A stretch of DNA of 64,000 bases from Caecitellus pseudoparvulus (taxonomy: Eukaryota; Protista; Bigyra: Bicosoecida), in contig CBFFRQ010000068.1 of the NCBI GenBank assembly GCA_965644315.1, forward strand, positions 744,001 to 808,000, given 5' to 3'. A program made the translations under genes and the position numbers. Shown piece by piece: positions 12,871 to 24,446 of this stretch. Position 1 is the stretch's first letter; every line of letters starts with the position of its first letter. Below the pieces are notes generated by a model that saw nothing but the letters and a program-made list of their open reading frames with translations, did not search any database and was not told the origin of the DNA.

Positions 12871-14602
12871 TCACTGCTCCTTGAGCTTGGAGCTGGGCCC
12901 ACTCCCAAGGGCACGGGCAGTGCCCATGACCCACACTGCCACGAACATGCTGCAACTCAACATGGCCAGAAGCACGGGGAACAGGTCCGGGTACCGTTGT
13001 GGCGGGCGCAGCGCCGCACTGGCAGCCAGCAGCAGAACCTGCGCGCATGCAGCTACCGCGACGGCCCCCCGCTGCCAGCGCGGCGCGCCGGCCCACGCCC
13101 ACACTAGCAGCGCGGCAAGGGCCACACCGCCCACACACAGGGGCACCTGCAGCCCGTCCCTGCACAGCAGAGGACCCATGCTCAGCAAGGCCGTCCACTG
13201 CAGCAGGGCACTGCTCCGGGACGGCCGGAGGCGGCCGCTCATGGCGTCGGCCACGGCTGCCAGCGTACTGGGCAACAAAATGCTCTTCTCGTGCACTTGG
13301 TAGGAAGCCAGGAAGAACGCCAGGCTCCCGTGACTGCATGCCCGCAACAGCTGCTCAGGGCGGCCTGCGGACACGGCCGCTGCCCACATGGCAGGCAAGG
13401 CACCTGCCAGCGTGACGCCTGACGCCAGGGCGAGGACAGAGTGCAGCTGCACCTGCCCTGAGAGCAGTGCGCCACGCAGGCGCAGGACGGGGTCCAGTGC
13501 ACACCACAGGTTGGCGACCTTGTCCTCGAACAGCCCACGGGCGAAGGGAAAGACGCGGCGCCCCACAGCGCGCGCCTGGGCCACGCAGTCGCCTGCCGCC
13601 GCGCACAGCGGGGCTAGCATGGCTGCCTGCACTGTCAGCACGACGCACCCCAGCACGGCAATGTGTGCAAGGAACCGAGCCACAGCCTCGCAGCGAGAGG
13701 GGGCGGCCGCCGCAGCTCGCCAGGCGCGGCCCACGTGCAGTGCGAAGACCGGCAGGGCGTAGTACAGCGCCATCTGCTTGAAGTTCAAGGCCAGCATGAA
13801 GGCGGCTGCGGCGCCGCACTCTGCAGTTGTCGGCAGGGCAGTTGCCGGGGAGCGACAGGCAGCTGCCACGCCCAGCACCCACAGCAACACCAGGCCGATG
13901 CAGACGCCGTTGTACTGAAAGTGCCCATGGTCGATCAGCAGCAGGGGGGGGTGGGCCAGGGCGGCGAGCAGCAGGGCCAGGTCGGGCAAGGTGTGGGGAG
14001 GGCGCCGAAGCACACACACCAAGGACACCACAACCAGCACAAACAGCACCTCTGTGGCCAGCACCGACACACGCATGAAGGCCACCGTCATCGGATCCTC
14101 CACGCCACGGGAAGTCTCAAGCTCCACCATTTCAGGGTGCAGCTGCTCCGCAACGCGCCCCCAAGCGAGCGAAACGTACGCGCTGCAAAGTGGCCGGGGC
14201 AGGGTTTCATGCACGAAACGCTGGCTGGTAGCGCAGGCCTGCCACGTGACACGCACGTAAGTGGGGGGTAATCCAAGCCCCAGTACTGCAGGTCGTTGTG
14301 AGTTCCGTTGATGTACCACTGTGACGGCGGCAAGTTCACCGCTATCTCCATCCAGTGCCGCTGCGCCTCGAAGTCGCCGTGCATGGGCGGCTGGCCCTTC
14401 CCTGTACGCGGCAAGAAACAGTGCGAGATGGGCGCAGCTGGCCGAGCAAAGACACATGGGGCACTCTACCTGAAAAGGAGCTGGTCGCCACCATCGCCCG
14501 GATGGCCATAGCAATGCAAGCCACCAGCAGGGCGGGCAGCAGCCCCGCCTCCTGCCGGCTGCGCCTGCTGGAGGGTGTCACAGGGGCTGCCCTCCCTGCC
14601 AT
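12871..14602 (-). CDS. ALG6: Dol-P-Glc alpha-1,3-glucosyltransferase ALG6
   Basis: [54 protein letters not shown] and [10 protein letters not shown]; 2 introns. Confidence 0.95.
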
Positions 14603-14749
14603 GTTTGCTGCGGGGAGGGGCAGAGAGGCAATGGAAGGTTGGCCTTGGACACAATCCTGGTACACTGCTCGGTGCCGCGGCAGGACCCTGGCTCCCCTCT
14701 CAATTGTGCCTGCTGTGCTGAGCTGCACAGCGCCGTGCACCCAACGGCA

Positions 14750-16369
14750 ATGGCGTGGTGTCGCTGGGCCCGAGGCCGCCTGCGAACCTTGCGACGACCG
14801 CAGCACCTGCTGGCCCGGCATGCCCACTCCTCGAGGACAGAGAGCTGCATTGGCATTGACATAGGGGGGAGCCTGTGCAAGGTTGCGGTGTTTGAGCCCA
14901 CGAGCCATGACTCGGTGACGCTGCGGCGCATTCGGCAGGTCATGGCGTCAGGGCAGCACCCTGGGTACGACCCCCAGCTGGCCATGAAGACGCCCGAAGG
15001 CGAGTACTCCTTCTTGAGGTTCGAAAGCCGGTGGATGGATGACTTCCTGGCCATCCTTCAGAAGCTGGACTTCCCAGCCAGCGAAGTCCGCGCGACGGGC
15101 GGCGGGGCGTTCAAGGTGCGGAATCTGCTGCCCGCCGCACGCGTCGCCGACGAGTGCGCACTCCTGCCCGCTGCGCGCCTCCCACTCATGCCAGTACTCA
15201 GCAACCTTCAAGGATGCTCTTGGAGTGCATCTGCATGCAGTGGATGAGATGGATGCGCTCGTCAAGGGCCTGCGCTTCTGCCAGCAGGTGTGTGACTGCC
15301 TGCGCAGCAGAGCGAGCTGCAGCCCAACGGCAGCGGCGGCACCTGCCTCACCCCTTCCGCTGCCTTCCTTGGCAGGCCAACCCTGATGAGGTATTCTGGT
15401 ATGATCTGGAGCAGCCTGAGCCGGGTGGCAAACTGCCTTGGGCCTCCTGGACCGGTGGCCAAGCTGAGACACCCTCAGCCCAGGAGAGTGCGCTCGTCGT
15501 GAATATCGGCAGTGGAGTGAGCGTGCTGAAGGTACAGGCTCCAGGGGCAGCCTCCAGCCCCACACCAGTGCAGCGCATTTCCGGCTGCTCTGTCGGGGGT
15601 GCGACGTTCTGGGGCCTGGCGCGCTTGCTCACCCGTGTGCGTAGCTTCGACGAGGCGGTCGAGCTGGCAGGAGCTGGCGACAACACCCGGGTGGCCATGC
15701 TTGTGAAGGACATCTATGGCGGGGAGTACGGCAAGTTGGGGCTGCCGGACGGGCTGGTAGCTGCCGACTTCGGCAAGATGTGTGCGTGCAGTACCCACCT
15801 GTGCGCGCCGCGCTGCTCAGCTGAGCTTCACCTGCCACGTTCGCTCCCTTCCCAGCGACGGTGGACGAAATCGTCATCACTGAGCAGGGGGGCGCGCCTG
15901 TTGGACACATCCCGCCTACTTCCAGCTTCATGGCGCGCTCCTTCAGCCAGCCGCCACCCATCGACATTCACGGCGCCGAGCCTGCCCTGCCCAACGCAAG
16001 CTCCCCTGCATCCGCAACCATCACCCGGTCGCACATTGCGAGCGAAGCAGACTTGACGCGGGGGCTGCTTGTGCTCGTGCTGAACAACATCGCACAGGTG
16101 GCATACTTGAACGCCAAGGCGGAGGGCGTGGACCGCATCTTCTTCACGGGCGGCTTCTTGCGCGAGGGCATCATGGTGCGTTTGCACCCCGCTCGCCCTG
16201 GCGCCTCACGCGCACCCCCTGCCGCCCGCCCCCCAAGCAGATGCGCGTGCTGACGTCTGCCCTCAAGTACTGGTCGGCAGGAAGCATGCAAGCTGGCTTC
16301 CTGGCCCACAACACCTACTTCGGAGCCATGGGCGCGCTGCTGGAGGCACGAGCCGCCGAACACCGCTGA
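14750..16369 (+). CDS. PANK: Type II (eukaryotic) pantothenate kinase with Arg-rich N-terminal extension
   Basis: GIDIGGSLCK, ATGGGAFK, DEMDALVKG, VNIGSGVS, GGATFWGL, DIYGGEY and YFGAMGALL; 4 introns; stop TGA at 16367-16369. Confidence 0.93.
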
Positions 16370-16379
16370 GTCAATTGCA

Positions 16380-17019
16380 TTACTTGCTGGCCTTCTGCAT
16401 CAGCAACACTGGCTTCATGATGTTTGCCTTGTTCGTTTCGACGACCTTGCCATTCATCACCATTTCATCTGCGGGGGGCACAGAGGAGCGCATGCACGGC
16501 ACGGGTGGAACTTAGCCAGTGGACGCCTCGCACTCACTCAAGATGAAGTGCGCCTTGTCGATGTTGAACATGATGTCCAGCTCGCAGACATTCTGGAAGT
16601 ACTTGTCCAGGGTCTCCACGAGGCAGTGAATGAACTCCAGGATGCCCAGCTCGTTCTGCACACGTCGCGAGATGGCGCATGAGCAGGGCACGCACGCCAG
16701 CCAGCTCAGCACACGCACATCCTCCTCGGCCTCCGCGCCGACGATGAAGTAGAGAGAGGCATACCTTCGGTACACCACCTTCATTCCCCGGTACTCCATG
16801 AACGAGCACTGCAGGCGGGAGGGACGAGGGCGTGGCCCCCAGCGCGCTGGCGTGGAAGTGGCGTTTCGCTGCACACACCTGCTTGTCTGTCCGGGACAGG
16901 CACTTGCGGATGATCTCTGCCTCCAGAGTCGTGCGCTCTTCGATGGACAAGAAGTCAAAGTACTCCGCCAGGCGCGTCTGGCCCTGCTTGTTCACCATCA
17001 GGATGAACTTCAGCGTCAT
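16380..17019 (-). CDS. AP4S1: Adaptor complex small (sigma) subunit, AP-4 type
   Basis: [58 protein letters not shown] and DEMVMNG; 3 introns; TAA at 16382-16380. Confidence 0.9.
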
Positions 17020-17396
17020 CGTGGTCGCTGGCGGGGTGAATCCGGCACGCGCCCGCCACGCAGGCTGCCTTGCCGACGGCGAGTGCACCGAAGTGGTGCA
17101 GAGACAGAGCTTGGCTGGTATTCGTGGGAAGTTCTGGTTTCTAGTGGGCTGATTTTGGCGCCTTGGCGCGCACTGTGCCACCAAGACAGCGAAGGGGGCC
17201 CGTTCTGTGCAAGCCCTGACAGGCGAGACATGTGATACACCCTACCGAATGATAATACATTGCGATTGTCAAAGAAACACCACCCTTTGCCTGCCTCGAC
17301 GCACGGTACACACTGACGCGAGGCAGTTCCACGCACACCTCGCGCCAACGGTCATCTTTCTGGGCTCAAAGCCGGGTATACACAGCGCCAGAGGCA

Positions 17397-17407
17397 CAAT
17401 TTCCGCA
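17397..17407 (+). promoter_or_regulatory. CRAHTTCCGCA upstream motif (CAATTTCCGCA)
   Basis: Ends 38 nt before ATG 17445. Confidence 0.55.
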
Positions 17408-17444
17408 AGCCGAGGGGAGTGCACGTCCACCGCCATCGGGAGCC

Positions 17445-18203
17445 ATGGCACATGATGACAGTGGTGCAGCTGCAGAGTCCCCGCCGCTCCTGCTGATGGG
17501 ACGCCGCTTTCCGCTGGATTTCCCGGGGGGCGGCCTCGTCATCAGCGGCAAGCCCCTGCTCATCCAGGAAGACTACGAGGCCAGCGACGGCACGGGCGGC
17601 ACGGTGTGGGACGGCTCCACTGTGCTGGCCAAGTACCTAGAGGCTAGCCTCGCAGATGCTCTGAGTGGGCTGACTGTGCTGGAGGTAGGGTGTGGCGTGG
17701 GGGTGGCGGGGCTCGCAGCTGCAGCGCTGGGAGCCGGACACGTCATCCTGACAGACCTCCCGTACGCGCTGGACAACACCCGCGCCGTGGTCAAGGCCAA
17801 CGCCGCCAGCGTGCCCGGCCGCATCAGCGTGGTTGAGTTGGACTGGGCTGCGCCGCAGCCACTGGATGCTGACGTCATCCTGGGCGCCGACGTCGTGTGG
17901 GTGGCGGACCTCATCCCGCCCCTGGTGGACACACTGCGCGAGCTGACGCAGGCCGCCACAGAGGGCGGTGCCGACGAGGCGAAGCACCCCCTTGCCGCCT
18001 CTGACGTGACAGGGGTGGGCCCTCTCGTGCTTCTCGCACACCAGACCCGCAGCGCTGCGAACGACGAGTTGCTGTTTAGCCTGCTGCGGCCTGACTTCGC
18101 CGTAGGCACGGTGCCAGCCAGCTGCCTGCACCCCGACTTCTCCTGTGATGCCATACGAGTGCTGGAGATCCAGCGTCGGCCCGTGTCACAGGCGCAAGGC
18201 TAG
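17445..18203 (+). CDS. Family-16 (METTL21-like) protein lysine methyltransferase
   Basis: TGGTVWDGS, VLEVGCGVG, ILTD, ELDW and DVILGADVVW motifs. Confidence 0.9.
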   Translation: MAHDDSGAAAESPPLLLMGRRFPLDFPGGGLVISGKPLLIQEDYEASDGTGGTVWDGSTVLAKYLEASLADALSGLTVLEVGCGVGVAGLAAAALGAGHVILTDLPYALDNTRAVVKANAASVPGRISVVELDWAAPQPLDADVILGADVVWVADLIPPLVDTLRELTQAATEGGADEAKHPLAASDVTGVGPLVLLAHQTRSAANDELLFSLLRPDFAVGTVPASCLHPDFSCDAIRVLEIQRRPVSQAQG

Positions 18204-19445
18204 CCCTGGCCGCGCGACTCTGAGCTGGGACATGTCCAGCGCGGGACACTGCACAGCCGTCAGCTTGGCCAGCCGCTTCATGGCCAAGCAAGGGGCGACT
18301 GACTGAACGTGCGGCAGTCCGCTGATGTCCAGTGTTTCCAGGTGTGGGCAGTGTGTCGCTGCGGCGGACAGGGTGGCCTGTGTCACGCGCACCTCACTTG
18401 CGCCGGGCGCCGGTGAGGGCACGGCACGGCCCCCGGACAGCACCTGCACGTAGGTTTGCAGGAGAGAGGAGGGGGCTGCCGTGCCGGCGCCAAGTCGGGG
18501 CGGGCTCATGTCCCTGACGAATGCAAGGTTGAGTTCCCGCAGCCCGGGCAGGCTGGGCAGCACCTGCGTCATCACGGCATCGCACATGGCGGCGCCGGGG
18601 AGGCGCAGCACGGTCAGTGCCGGCCACCACGTGACGACCGCTGCTGCCCACCGAAGGGACAGTGACGGTGCCGCCCCCTGCTCCTGCCAGTGCAGGCTGG
18701 ACAGGCCCCCGCAGGCAACGCGCGTGCCGCGTCTGCTCAGCGAGCTAGGCTCCAGGTCCACGGCGCCAGCTGGCGCGCAGACGGTGAGGGCTTGAAGAGA
18801 AGGGGTCTGCAGCCCCTGACACAGCAGGGCACTCCCAGTGGACACTGCCCTGGGGGCCACTGTCAAGTGCAAGGTGCGCAGCTCGCGCGGGCAAGACAGG
18901 TGGCTCAGCGTGCAGCTGTCACGCAGGTGCAAGCGCAGGGAAGTCAGGGACAGTGCCCCCAATGCGGAGCAGTCCCGCACCGCCCGCCGCGCCTTGGTGC
19001 CTGCTCGCTCGGCTTCCAACGCGGCCAGTCGTGGGCAGTGCCGTGCAAGGCACGCTAGCAGGGAGGAGTTGAGCGTGTTCTCTGGCGCAAGACGCAGAGC
19101 ACGCAAGTGGGCAGCCCTGCCACGCAGGATCTTGGCCAAGACACTGTTGTCCACGGCTCCGCCCCAGCTGCCCACATCCACGCTCTGCGCTGGGCCTCCA
19201 AGCGCCCTGGACGGGTTGGCTGCCACCAGCCACGAGCAGGAGACGCGCTCCAGCGCGACACGGTCCTTCCACGTCAGGCACGAGAGGATCAGGTCCAGAA
19301 CAGTGTCAGGCAAGGCAGGCAGGGCCAGGTCGAAGCAGGGCGTGCTCGTTCCGCGTGCACGCGTGGCGCTGCGCAGGTCTCGCGTCTCGGCCCGCATGCG
19401 CCTCAGCAGGCCCCAGCCGCCAGAGCCACCCTCCGCTGCAGCCAT
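18186..19445 (-). CDS. F-box/LRR protein
   Basis: F-box LPALPDTVLDLILSCLTWKDRVALERVSCSW followed by LRR-like repeats (CPRLAALE, LPGLRELNL, CPHLETLDISG). Confidence 0.8.
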   Translation of the reverse strand: MAAAEGGSGGWGLLRRMRAETRDLRSATRARGTSTPCFDLALPALPDTVLDLILSCLTWKDRVALERVSCSWLVAANPSRALGGPAQSVDVGSWGGAVDNSVLAKILRGRAAHLRALRLAPENTLNSSLLACLARHCPRLAALEAERAGTKARRAVRDCSALGALSLTSLRLHLRDSCTLSHLSCPRELRTLHLTVAPRAVSTGSALLCQGLQTPSLQALTVCAPAGAVDLEPSSLSRRGTRVACGGLSSLHWQEQGAAPSLSLRWAAAVVTWWPALTVLRLPGAAMCDAVMTQVLPSLPGLRELNLAFVRDMSPPRLGAGTAAPSSLLQTYVQVLSGGRAVPSPAPGASEVRVTQATLSAAATHCPHLETLDISGLPHVQSVAPCLAMKRLAKLTAVQCPALDMSQLRVARPGLALRL

Positions 19446-19565
19446 AATCAACCAACCTCACCTGCACATGGACAATACACTGAGCTCTGTGCGGTGTGCT
19501 GCCAGGGCAACGCACGACTCTGGCGAAGTGCAGGTTTTGAAGCAAGGGGGAGGTTGACTGGCAAC

Positions 19566-19576
19566 CAATTTCCGCA
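19566..19576 (+). promoter_or_regulatory. CRAHTTCCGCA upstream motif (CAATTTCCGCA)
   Basis: Ends 11 nt before ATG 19587. Confidence 0.55.
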
Positions 19577-19586
19577 GCACAGACGC

Positions 19587-21605
19587 ATGCCGAGTGCCTT
19601 GCCCGCCCTCCTGCACCATGCTGCAGTGGAGCAAGACGAGGTGGGGCTTGCTAAGCTGCTCACAGTCGCATGCCAACCAGCGCCCCTGCCGCTTGCAGCG
19701 GCAGGGGGTCAGCCTGGCGCCGCTGGCGTCGTGCTGAGTCCTTGGCAAGCACGTGCTGCGCAAGAGGCTGTGCGGAGCCCCACTGGCGCAGCGCTGCTCA
19801 TCGCGCCGACAGGGGCCGGCAAGACGGCAGTCGCAGTGGAGGTGCTCGTGGACGCCATCAGCAGTGGCGGCTGGTGCCTCTTCCTGGCGCCGTACCTAGC
19901 CATTGCGCAGCAAGTTACCAGCGGCCTGCGGCGGGCGCTGGCCCACAGCGGCGTGCGTGTGGCCCTGCCGGACGCACAAACACGCGTGGTGGACAGCCGG
20001 CGCGGGGTGACTGCAGACATCGTTGTCTGCACCCCTGAGCGGGGCGTGGGCATCCTGCGGGACGCCTGCGCCGTGGGCACTCCACCTGCGGCAGTGGTGG
20101 TGGATGAGGTGCACCACATCCTGGATGGGACACGGGGCGCCCGCCTGGAGCGCCTGCTCACCATGCTGCGAGCGCTGCCTACGCGGGGTGGCAGGCCCAT
20201 CCGCCTGCTGGGCCTGACTGCGACGCTGCCCACACCCGCAGCCCTGGCCCTCACGCGGTGGCTGGGCGGCGTGTTGCTTGTACGCACGCGGCGCAGCACG
20301 CCCCTGCGAGTCACGTACGTGACTGCCTCAGGCAAGTTGGGCATGGCCGTGCCGCGCGTGCCCACTTGTGCTGCGGAGGCCTCGGAAGCGGCCTTCCCCA
20401 TGGCGCAGTTCTCGCTGCCGTGCCCGCCCGGGGACAGACAGGCAAGCGGAGGGGGACAGGCTGCAGCAGACGGGGGCAGCACCATGCCGCACCATGTGCA
20501 GGCCTTGCTGGAGGCGGGGGCGCAGACGCTGGTCTTCTCTCGGTCCCGGGAGAGCACAGCGCAGAGCTTGCAGCGAGTGGCGGGCCGGTTGCCGCGGCAG
20601 TTGCAGGGGGCTCTGGCGGTGCACCATGGCCACCTGCCCCCTGCACGGCGGGGGGAAGTGGAGGACGCCTTCATCGCCGGCTCTACCACTGCCCTCTTCT
20701 GCACCACCACCCTGGCCATGGGCGTGGACCTGCCTGCAGACGCCGTGCTGGTGCAGGAAGCGCTGGTGGCGGCAGCTCTGCGGCGTCACGCCGGCGCCGC
20801 GGCAGACACAGCCCGGCTGCAGCAGATGGTGGGGCGGGCTGGCCGTGCGGGGCGCGGGCAGCCAGGGCAGGCGCTGCTCTTCCTGCCCCGCTCAGCGCCG
20901 GCGGGGGCCGTGTCCAGCCTGGCGCGGGCTTTGGCGGGGCGGCAGCTGGCGTCCTTCAGCATGCAGGTGTTGGGGGGCGGTGTGGTGCCGCACCTCATCC
21001 CCACGTGCCGCGCCGCAACCCCTCCGCGCTCTGGGCCCACAGCAGCCGCCCTGCATGCGGCCACCCTGGTCCTGGACCGCATCAACCAGGGCGCCTCACA
21101 GGCAACTCTGGCTGACGTGACGACGTATGTCGCCAGCTGCCTTGCAGCGTGGGACCTGGAGCTGGCAGCAGCTGCCACGCTGACGGCCCAGGGTCTGGCC
21201 TGGCTCCGCCACGCTGATGCCGTGCATGTGCTGGGGGCAGGGGCCGCCGCCTCAGTGTTGCCCTCTCGCCTGGGGCTGGCCATGGCCAAGTGCAGCATGG
21301 CGTGGAGCGTGGACTTCACGCTGTCCGTGGCCCGGCGAGCGAGCCAGCCGGGCAGTGTGCAAGACTCCTCGCCAGGGGCCGCCCTGGCTGCTGCAGCTGC
21401 ATTGTTGGGGTGGCCGCGGGACTGGCGTGAGGCGGTGCTGGCGACGGGGGACGCCACGCCCCAGCTCATGAGCGTCCGGCTCCTGCTGCGCATGGCTGCT
21501 GCCCTGCAGTGGCCCATGCTGCAGGCGTGGGGCACGGCTGTGAAGTTGGCGTGCCAGGCGGTGGCGGAGGAGGGGGGCAAGTCAGCCCACCCCCCGCCAC
21601 AGTGA
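19587..21605 (+). CDS. SF2 Ski2-like (HELQ/Hel308-like) helicase
   Basis: Q-motif LSPWQ, APTGAGKT, CTPE, DEVH, LTATL, HHGHL, TTTLAMGVDLPA and QMVGRAGR. Confidence 0.85.
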   Translation: MPSALPALLHHAAVEQDEVGLAKLLTVACQPAPLPLAAAGGQPGAAGVVLSPWQARAAQEAVRSPTGAALLIAPTGAGKTAVAVEVLVDAISSGGWCLFLAPYLAIAQQVTSGLRRALAHSGVRVALPDAQTRVVDSRRGVTADIVVCTPERGVGILRDACAVGTPPAAVVVDEVHHILDGTRGARLERLLTMLRALPTRGGRPIRLLGLTATLPTPAALALTRWLGGVLLVRTRRSTPLRVTYVTASGKLGMAVPRVPTCAAEASEAAFPMAQFSLPCPPGDRQASGGGQAAADGGSTMPHHVQALLEAGAQTLVFSRSRESTAQSLQRVAGRLPRQLQGALAVHHGHLPPARRGEVEDAFIAGSTTALFCTTTLAMGVDLPADAVLVQEALVAAALRRHAGAAADTARLQQMVGRAGRAGRGQPGQALLFLPRSAPAGAVSSLARALAGRQLASFSMQVLGGGVVPHLIPTCRAATPPRSGPTAAALHAATLVLDRINQGASQATLADVTTYVASCLAAWDLELAAAATLTAQGLAWLRHADAVHVLGAGAAASVLPSRLGLAMAKCSMAWSVDFTLSVARRASQPGSVQDSSPGAALAAAAALLGWPRDWREAVLATGDATPQLMSVRLLLRMAAALQWPMLQAWGTAVKLACQAVAEEGGKSAHPPPQ

Positions 21606-23093
21606 CGCGACGCCGATGCCGACATAGGAGCCGTAGGCATACCCCAGCAGGCCCACGCTGATGCCCGGCACGAGCAAGTCCTCGTTGCCAGTGGCCTGCG
21701 TCGCGATGGGCACGAAGGGCGGGCTGCAGATGTTGGACACGGAGGCGACCAGCAGCGTGTCCACGTCGATGCCCACCGCCCAGCAGCCCAGGACGTGCAG
21801 AGCCATGCCCAGCACCATGCTGAGGGCCACCTGGGCGAACAGGAAAGGCGACGTGTGGATGAGCTCCTCCACGGACGCCAGCATGCCCACGCTGAGGGCG
21901 AAGACGAGGATGACGTACTGCCCCACGGTGAAGGTGTGGGGCAGCGCCTGCACGGCTGGGACGAAGGACAGCCCCAGGCCGAAGGTGGTGATGAGGAGGA
22001 TGGTGACCAGCGTGCCGAAGTCCCGCTGGGCATCGGGGGGGAAGGCCATGGGCAGGCCCGCCGCCACGCCGACGATGAGCAGGGCCAGCCCCAGTGCCGC
22101 AGCGACGGGGCGGGCGTACTTCCACTGCATCAAGTCCACGAACTGGTCAATGCCGGCAGAGACGCGGGCCAAGGCGGGGGGCTTGGACGCGCAGGCGGAG
22201 GGGCCCGCGCTGCTCTTGCGGTCTGCCAGCAGTGCCTCCGCGGACGGCGTGACGGCGGAGGAGGCACCCTGCGTGGCGGATGCAGGGGCAGGGCTTGGCG
22301 CGCCCTGCCCCCCCTCCGAGGTACTTCGCTCTGGATCGTCCTGGGCGCCGCCACCTGCCTCCAGGGCTGCATCTGGGGCGGGTTGCTGATCCTGGCCCTC
22401 CTGCTCCGTGGCAGGCTCTGCAGTGGGCACCGGCTTGTATGCCTTCATGAAGGTGGCCAGGGCGGGCTTGGCCACCGTCATGATGGCCAGGACGTACAGG
22501 GCGCCCATGACCACTTCACAGGTGTGGGTGGCGATGAAGAGGGACTTGTCCACGTTCAGGGCCGCCGCCACGGAGGCGCCGTTCTGCGTCCCGCCGCTGC
22601 AGATGGCGGTGATGATGCCGGCGACGTACGCGGCGTCGGGGCCCAGCTCCCCCTGCACGGCCCAATAGGCAGCAGAGGAGGACAACACCATGGCGAAGGA
22701 ACCCATGACCATGGCAGCTGCGCACTTCCAGCCCACAGTGCGCAGGGACAGCAGGTCGGCGCCAAACAGCAGCAATGGCAGGCTCAGCGCGACCGTGCCC
22801 TGTGACAGCAAATCCAGCACTGACGCGACAGCAGGCACCTTGTTCAGGCCAGTCTGACCCAGGGCGATGCCGACGACGTACATTGTAATGAGCGGGTTCA
22901 GCTTGCTCGTGATCCATTCGGCAGGCCACTTCTTGTGCTTGCTGTGCAGGGAAGCGCCCCAGGTGCACTGCCGCAGCAGACAGGCTGGCACCTCTTTGCC
23001 GCTCGGCACTCACGCATAAATTAAGAGGCCAGGAAACACGAGGCAGAAAATCACCACTACCACGGCCAGCACGACAAAGCCTGCCTGCGCCAT
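21582..23093 (-). CDS. DUF819-like polytopic membrane protein (putative transporter)
   Basis: About 11-12 hydrophobic helices in two halves with a polar linker; LPLLLFGADL, SGGTQN and VASVSNICSPPFVP. One intron after MAQAG..LIYA. Confidence 0.7.
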
Positions 23094-23139
23094 GCTGCAG
23101 TGCTGGGGCGACCACAGCAAAAGGCCCCTGCAACTCGCC

Positions 23140-23150
23140 TGCGGAAGTTG
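23140..23150 (-). promoter_or_regulatory. CRAHTTCCGCA upstream motif (CAACTTCCGCA)
   Basis: Minus-strand copy ending 47 nt before ATG 23093. Confidence 0.55.
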
Positions 23151-23438
23151 ACCCGCACCCAAGCCCTTTCGCAGGTCAAGCGCGAGGACAAACCACGCAC
23201 TGGGGGGGAGAGCGTGTTGAGAGCAGAGAGAGGGCCACAAGTGTAGCGTCGCATCGATTCCCAAGGTGTTGGGATTGAATTGTGACTGTTTGTGCCTGGT
23301 CGCCTGCTACATGCTCGCAGTGGTGCATAGCCTGCCTTGCGACACTTCCCACCCAGCGGCTATCAAGACACCCGCCCCCCCCCGCACTCGAAGTTTGCGC
23401 ACCCCCCCTCTTGCACCAGCACGTCCTATCACCTCGCC

Positions 23439-24446
23439 ATGGAGCAGCTGTCGAACCTGTGGGGGAAGCTGAAGGACGGCTCCCTGTGCCGTGAACGCCC
23501 CCTGGAGGTGTGGGGTGTGTCCCTCGTGCTGGTCGGTGGGGTGGCTCTGCTGGCTCAGGCCGTCCTGTCCTCGGACAGCAAGCCGACAGCCGCCCAGGCT
23601 GCCTTCGAGGAAGGCAAGGCAGTGGTGCTGGCTTCAGGCAAGGCTGTCAAGGTGGTGCGCGTGCCCAACACCAGCTCAGGCATCTCAGCCGCCGCTGCGA
23701 CGCTGGGCAAGCAGCTGGGCAGCAGCCCTCTGACCGCCGCGTTTGCTGCAGCAGTGAGTGCCGCACCAGTGCCGGGGCTGGCGCGCTGCAGCCTCCCGAA
23801 CGTGTCAGCGGCACACCCCAACTCTCCTGCGCCACTCAGAACCTCGACGCTGCCGGGCGGGAGAAGGCTGCAACTTGGCTGTACCGCACCATCTTGAAGA
23901 CTAGCGTCCCCAACAAGTCCAACACGCTGACTCTGCAGACTGAGGATGCCTCGGCAGTGGGCATTTGGTACCCGCCAGGTGCGTTCGCAGAGTTCCGCTG
24001 GTGCAGTGCACCTGCTGCTGCCGCGCCGGCAGGCATTGTTCACGGCCTCCTGCGCCCCCGCAGGCACGTCCTTTGACACGTGGGACTTCATCAATGCCGG
24101 TGGGCTGTGCTACACCCTCATGTTCAGCGGCTGGGAGCGCCGGCTGCGCTTCCCCGCCCACGGGCAGGTTGTGTCTATCAAGCGCCGCACGGCCCTGCGC
24201 AAGTTTGACGGCAAGGGGTACTACCTCATGGCCGCCGGCGCGGGGACTGGGGACGAGCAGGACGTGGAGGCAGTGGTGAAGCCCGTGCTGGCCTTGGCAG
24301 ACAAGGAGGGCCTGCCCGCCATCACTGAGAGCGATACGCCCGCCCGCAAGGCCCTGCTGGAGGGCCTGGGCTTCAAGGCTGTGGACTCTGTCGCTGCGCT
24401 CAGCGTTGGGGTGGAGATCATGCTGCGCCAGCCCTCTGCCGTGTGA
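23439..24446 (+). CDS. Membrane-anchored GNAT-fold protein, degenerate acetyl-CoA motif
   Basis: 3 exons with an N-terminal TM helix. AVGIWYPPG, YYLMAAG, ADKEGLPAITES and LEGLGF follow the layout of puromycin-acetyltransferase-like GNATs. Confidence 0.6.
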
